Virus record (IMG/VR): IMGVR_UViG_3300045988_014504
Span: 1-6,298 of that record
Direction: 5' to 3' (one strand)
DNA length: 6,298 nt
From: a virus
The notes under the pieces were generated by a model that saw nothing but the letters and a program-made list of their open reading frames with translations, searched no databases and was not told the origin of the DNA. Below, piece after piece: positions 3,948 through 6,298 of this stretch (the first letter of the stretch is position 1; every line of letters starts with the position of its first letter). The translations under genes were made by a program, and so were the position numbers.

Positions 3948-5687
3948 ATGAGTGATTTTAATCCGCTAGACCGAGCGAAAATTGCCGTGCATCGCTCTTC
4001 CTTTGATTTGTCTAGCAAAAAATTATTTACGGCAAAAGTCGGAGAGATTCTTCCCTGCTATTGGCAAATTGCCATTCCTGATACTAAGTATCATATTTCT
4101 TCCGATTGGTTTACTCGTACTGTTCCCGTCAATACGGCGGCTTATACCCGTATTAAAGAATATTACGATTTTTACGCTGTGCCGTTACGTTTGATTTCTC
4201 GTGCTCTTCCGCAGGCGTTTACTCAGATGACGGATTATATGACATCTGCTGCTAGTAATACTGCTAATACCGAGATGTTGAAGTCTGTTCCGAATACATC
4301 GTTGAATTTGTTGTCACTAGGTCTTCAGACGATTAATGGTCAAGATGTCTTCGATGATGCTGGCTTCCCTTATGTCTATGGTGCTTCTAAGATATTGGAT
4401 ATGCTTGGATATGGTTCTTTCCTTGCGCCTTCGAATACCGCTAAAGCTGCTATTACCAAAGCTTATTTAGGGGTTCAGTCTCTTGATGATACTCTCAATC
4501 CTTTGGTCTATTCTTCTAGTCAGACTGTGAATCTTCTTCCGTTGTTGGCCTATCAGAAGATTTATTATGATTTCTTCTCTGAGTCTCAATGGGAAAAACA
4601 CTTGGCTTATGCATATAATGTAGACTATTGGGACGGTAAATCTCAATTGACTCTCGCTCCTGAAATGCTCCAGCTTCGGTATGCTAACTATCCGAAAGAT
4701 TACTTTATGGGCATGCTTCCGAATAGTCAGTACGGCTCGGTAGCTATTCTTCCGTCGGCAACTAATTTAGACCCCTCTAATGTCATTGTCCTCTCTCGTT
4801 CTTCTTCGGGTGTTTCTGGTGGCTCTGTTGGTCGTCTTTCAAATGCAGCTGCTTCTACTTCTATTATCTCTACTAATACTGATTCATCCAATCGGTATGC
4901 TTATGTCAATTCCGACCTTTCTGCCCTCTCAATCCGTGCTACAGAATACCTACAGCGCTGGAAAGAAGTAGTACAGTTTGCAAGTAAGGATTACTCAGAC
5001 CAGATGCGTGCTCAGTTTGGTATTAAAGCTCCTGAATACATGGGAAACCATGCTCATTATATCGGAGGTTGGTCTAATGTAATTAATATTAACGAAGTCT
5101 TGAATACCAACTTGGAAGCTGACGGTTCTCAAGCCGTTATCGCTGGTAAAGGTGTAGGTTCTGCTTCCGGTCATAAGTTAACTTATGATTGTGGCGCTGA
5201 GCATCAGGTTATCATGTGTGTGTATCATGCTGTTCCTATGGTTGATTGGAATCTGACTGGTCAAAATCCTCAGTTGACTGTTACGGCTATTACTGATTTC
5301 CCCCAACCTGCGTTCGACCAATTAGGTATGCAAGCTGTCCCTGCCTTGAATCTTCAGAATAATCCTGGTCGGGTAGTTTCTGGCTCTCTTGGATATAATC
5401 TTCGCTACTGGCAATGGAAATCTAATATTGATACCGTTCATGCCGCATTCCGTTCTGGTATGGCTTATCAGGCTTGGTCTGCTCCTATTGATGGATGGGG
5501 CGTCCTGACTTCTAAAGGTGCTTGGTCTTACCAGTCTATGAAAGTTCGTCCTCAGCAATTGAATTCTATCTTTGAGCCTCAAGTTTCAGGTCAGAACTGT
5601 TCCGTTGCTTATGACCAGTTGTTGTGTAATGTTAACTTCCAAGTTCATGCTGTGCAGAATTTGGATAGAAATGGTTTACCTTATTAA
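3948..5687 (+). CDS. Major capsid protein VP1 (Microviridae F-like jelly-roll capsid), about 579 aa.
   Basis: The N-terminal block HRSSFDLSSKKLFTAKVGEILPCYW...FTRTVPVNTAAYTRIKEYYDFYAVPLRLI matches the conserved N-terminal signature of Microviridae capsid proteins, resembling as I recall them the Bacteroidota-associated / Alpavirinae-like ones. Size and position next to rep fit. Start set at ATG 3948, since the track start at 3942 is a TTG. Stop TAA at 5685-5687. Confidence 0.9.
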   Translation: MSDFNPLDRAKIAVHRSSFDLSSKKLFTAKVGEILPCYWQIAIPDTKYHISSDWFTRTVPVNTAAYTRIKEYYDFYAVPLRLISRALPQAFTQMTDYMTSAASNTANTEMLKSVPNTSLNLLSLGLQTINGQDVFDDAGFPYVYGASKILDMLGYGSFLAPSNTAKAAITKAYLGVQSLDDTLNPLVYSSSQTVNLLPLLAYQKIYYDFFSESQWEKHLAYAYNVDYWDGKSQLTLAPEMLQLRYANYPKDYFMGMLPNSQYGSVAILPSATNLDPSNVIVLSRSSSGVSGGSVGRLSNAAASTSIISTNTDSSNRYAYVNSDLSALSIRATEYLQRWKEVVQFASKDYSDQMRAQFGIKAPEYMGNHAHYIGGWSNVININEVLNTNLEADGSQAVIAGKGVGSASGHKLTYDCGAEHQVIMCVYHAVPMVDWNLTGQNPQLTVTAITDFPQPAFDQLGMQAVPALNLQNNPGRVVSGSLGYNLRYWQWKSNIDTVHAAFRSGMAYQAWSAPIDGWGVLTSKGAWSYQSMKVRPQQLNSIFEPQVSGQNCSVAYDQLLCNVNFQVHAVQNLDRNGLPY

Positions 5688-5697
5688 TGTATTGATT

Positions 5698-6144
5698 ATG
5701 AGAAGTTTTGCTTATAAGAATGAGAATTTTGAAAAGGATTCGTGTGTTCCTGAGTTGAAGGAAGGCAATCCGTGTTATCAGGCTTCTGTTTATGACTCTG
5801 TTATGTATGATGAGACTCCTGATGGCGATTTGATTCAGTGTGATATGACTCAGATTCTTCTGAACCAAGAAAAGTATCGTCGTTTGCTTGGTGATATGAA
5901 TGTCAATAATATCCTTGCCCAAATGCATCCTACTCCGTCTACTCCTATGGATGATATGACGGATGAGGAACGTTTTGCTTGTGTTATCTCGCGTCATTGC
6001 CAGACAATGTCTGAACGCCAGGCTGTGTTGAAGCAATTGGCTCAAGAAAAGTCTGAATTAACCGCATATGCCGAGGCTATGCTGGCAGAGGAACAGGCAG
6101 CGCCCGCCCAAGTGGCTTCCGCCCCTGCCGATAGTGCACAATGA
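5698..6144 (+). CDS. 148-aa acidic protein between VP1 and VP2. It is a possible internal scaffolding (VP3-like) protein, but its function is not established.
   Basis: ATG 5698 sits 10 nt after the VP1 stop and shares the 12-nt context ATTGATTATGAG with the VP1 start. The protein is D/E-rich (MRSFAYKNENFEKDSCVPELKEGNP...DDMTDEERF...) with an A/P/Q-rich tail. Its TGA stop overlaps the VP2 ATG. The scaffold call rests only on size, charge and position. Confidence 0.6.
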   Translation: MRSFAYKNENFEKDSCVPELKEGNPCYQASVYDSVMYDETPDGDLIQCDMTQILLNQEKYRRLLGDMNVNNILAQMHPTPSTPMDDMTDEERFACVISRHCQTMSERQAVLKQLAQEKSELTAYAEAMLAEEQAAPAQVASAPADSAQ

Positions 6145-6298
6145 GGTATTTAGAGATTGGAGAGAGCATGCTCTCTCCTAGAAATGAACATCATCTTCTT
6201 GGTAGTTTGTTTAGCGCTATTGGTAATGCTTTTGCTACTTCTAATGCTAATGATGCTAATGAGCGTCAAGCTCAGCTGAATCGTTCTTTTCAACGTCA
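6141..6298 (+). CDS. N-terminal part of the minor capsid / DNA pilot protein VP2. It runs off the window end and continues at base 56 once the overlap is removed (6244-6298 = 1-55).
   Basis: ATG at 6141-6143 overlaps the TGA stop of the upstream gene (caATGAgg). Hand translation gives MRYLEIGESMLSPRNEHHLLGSLFSAIGNAFATSNANDANERQAQLNRSFQR with no stop to the window end, in the same frame as the 1..1052 reading frame. ATG 6168 is an alternative start. Confidence 0.8.
   Translation, partial: MRYLEIGESMLSPRNEHHLLGSLFSAIGNAFATSNANDANERQAQLNRSFQR
6159..6178. repeat. Perfect 20-nt palindrome GGAGAGAGCATGCTCTCTCC (potential 8-10 bp hairpin in ssDNA or RNA).
   Basis: The reverse complement of 6159-6168 equals 6169-6178 exactly. 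It lies 15 nt after the stop of the 148-aa gene, inside the first codons of VP2. Confidence 0.9.
6244..6298. repeat. Terminal redundancy (right copy), identical to 1-55.
   Basis: Same 55-nt string as 1-55. This is typical of a circular contig assembled with overlapping ends. Confidence 0.95.

Noticed and set aside
5108-5114. CAACTTG, identical to the phiX nick-site heptamer, inside VP1. A CAACTT also occurs at 2176-2181.
   Set aside because: A 7-mer is expected by chance at appreciable frequency in 6.2 kb. It is followed by GAAG rather than the ATATTAATAAC core.
5572-5697. Upstream extension of the 148-aa gene (track ORF starts at 5572).
   Set aside because: The extension overlaps the last 116 nt of VP1 in another frame and encodes a hydrophobic, Cys-rich string. 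ATG 5698 follows the VP1 stop and has the same 12-nt context as the VP1 start.
1-6298. Search for tRNA, rRNA, CRISPR arrays, integrase/transposase genes or defence/anti-defence cassettes.
   Set aside because: No cloverleaf-compatible sequence, no spaced direct-repeat array and no recombinase-like ORF were found. The coding capacity is fully accounted for by the microvirus core genes and small accessory ORFs.

Overview
The window is a complete circular ssDNA phage genome of the family Microviridae. Bases 1-55 are identical to 6244-6298, so the unit genome is 6243 nt, linearised with a 55-nt assembly overlap. All supportable genes are on the + strand and tightly packed, several with ATGA-type start/stop overlaps. 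In circular order they are: pilot/DNA-delivery protein VP2 (starts at 6141 and wraps through the junction to 1052), a 56-aa ORF, a roughly 250-nt GC-rich hairpin-dense non-coding island, a 64-aa ORF, a 27-aa single-TM peptide, an M15-family zinc peptidase, a large HUH rolling-circle Rep (VP4), the major capsid protein VP1, and a 148-aa acidic protein. No Shine-Dalgarno motifs are present, one intergenic TAnnTTTG box is, and the capsid N-terminus looks Alpavirinae-like. Together these suggest a Bacteroidota-infecting, non-phiX-type microvirus; this is inference. The features most worth follow-up are: (1) the GC-rich structured island at 1316-1570, with a GGAGCG repeat cluster; (2) the near-identical 20-nt direct repeats that bracket the island plus the 56-aa ORF like an inserted cassette; (3) the TM-peptide plus M15 peptidase lysis-like pair; (4) a perfect 20-nt palindrome at the VP2 start; (5) a decamer inside rep identical to the AT-rich core of the phiX174 origin. 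No tRNA, rRNA, CRISPR array or transposase was seen. All functional calls rest on motif recognition by eye, not on searches.
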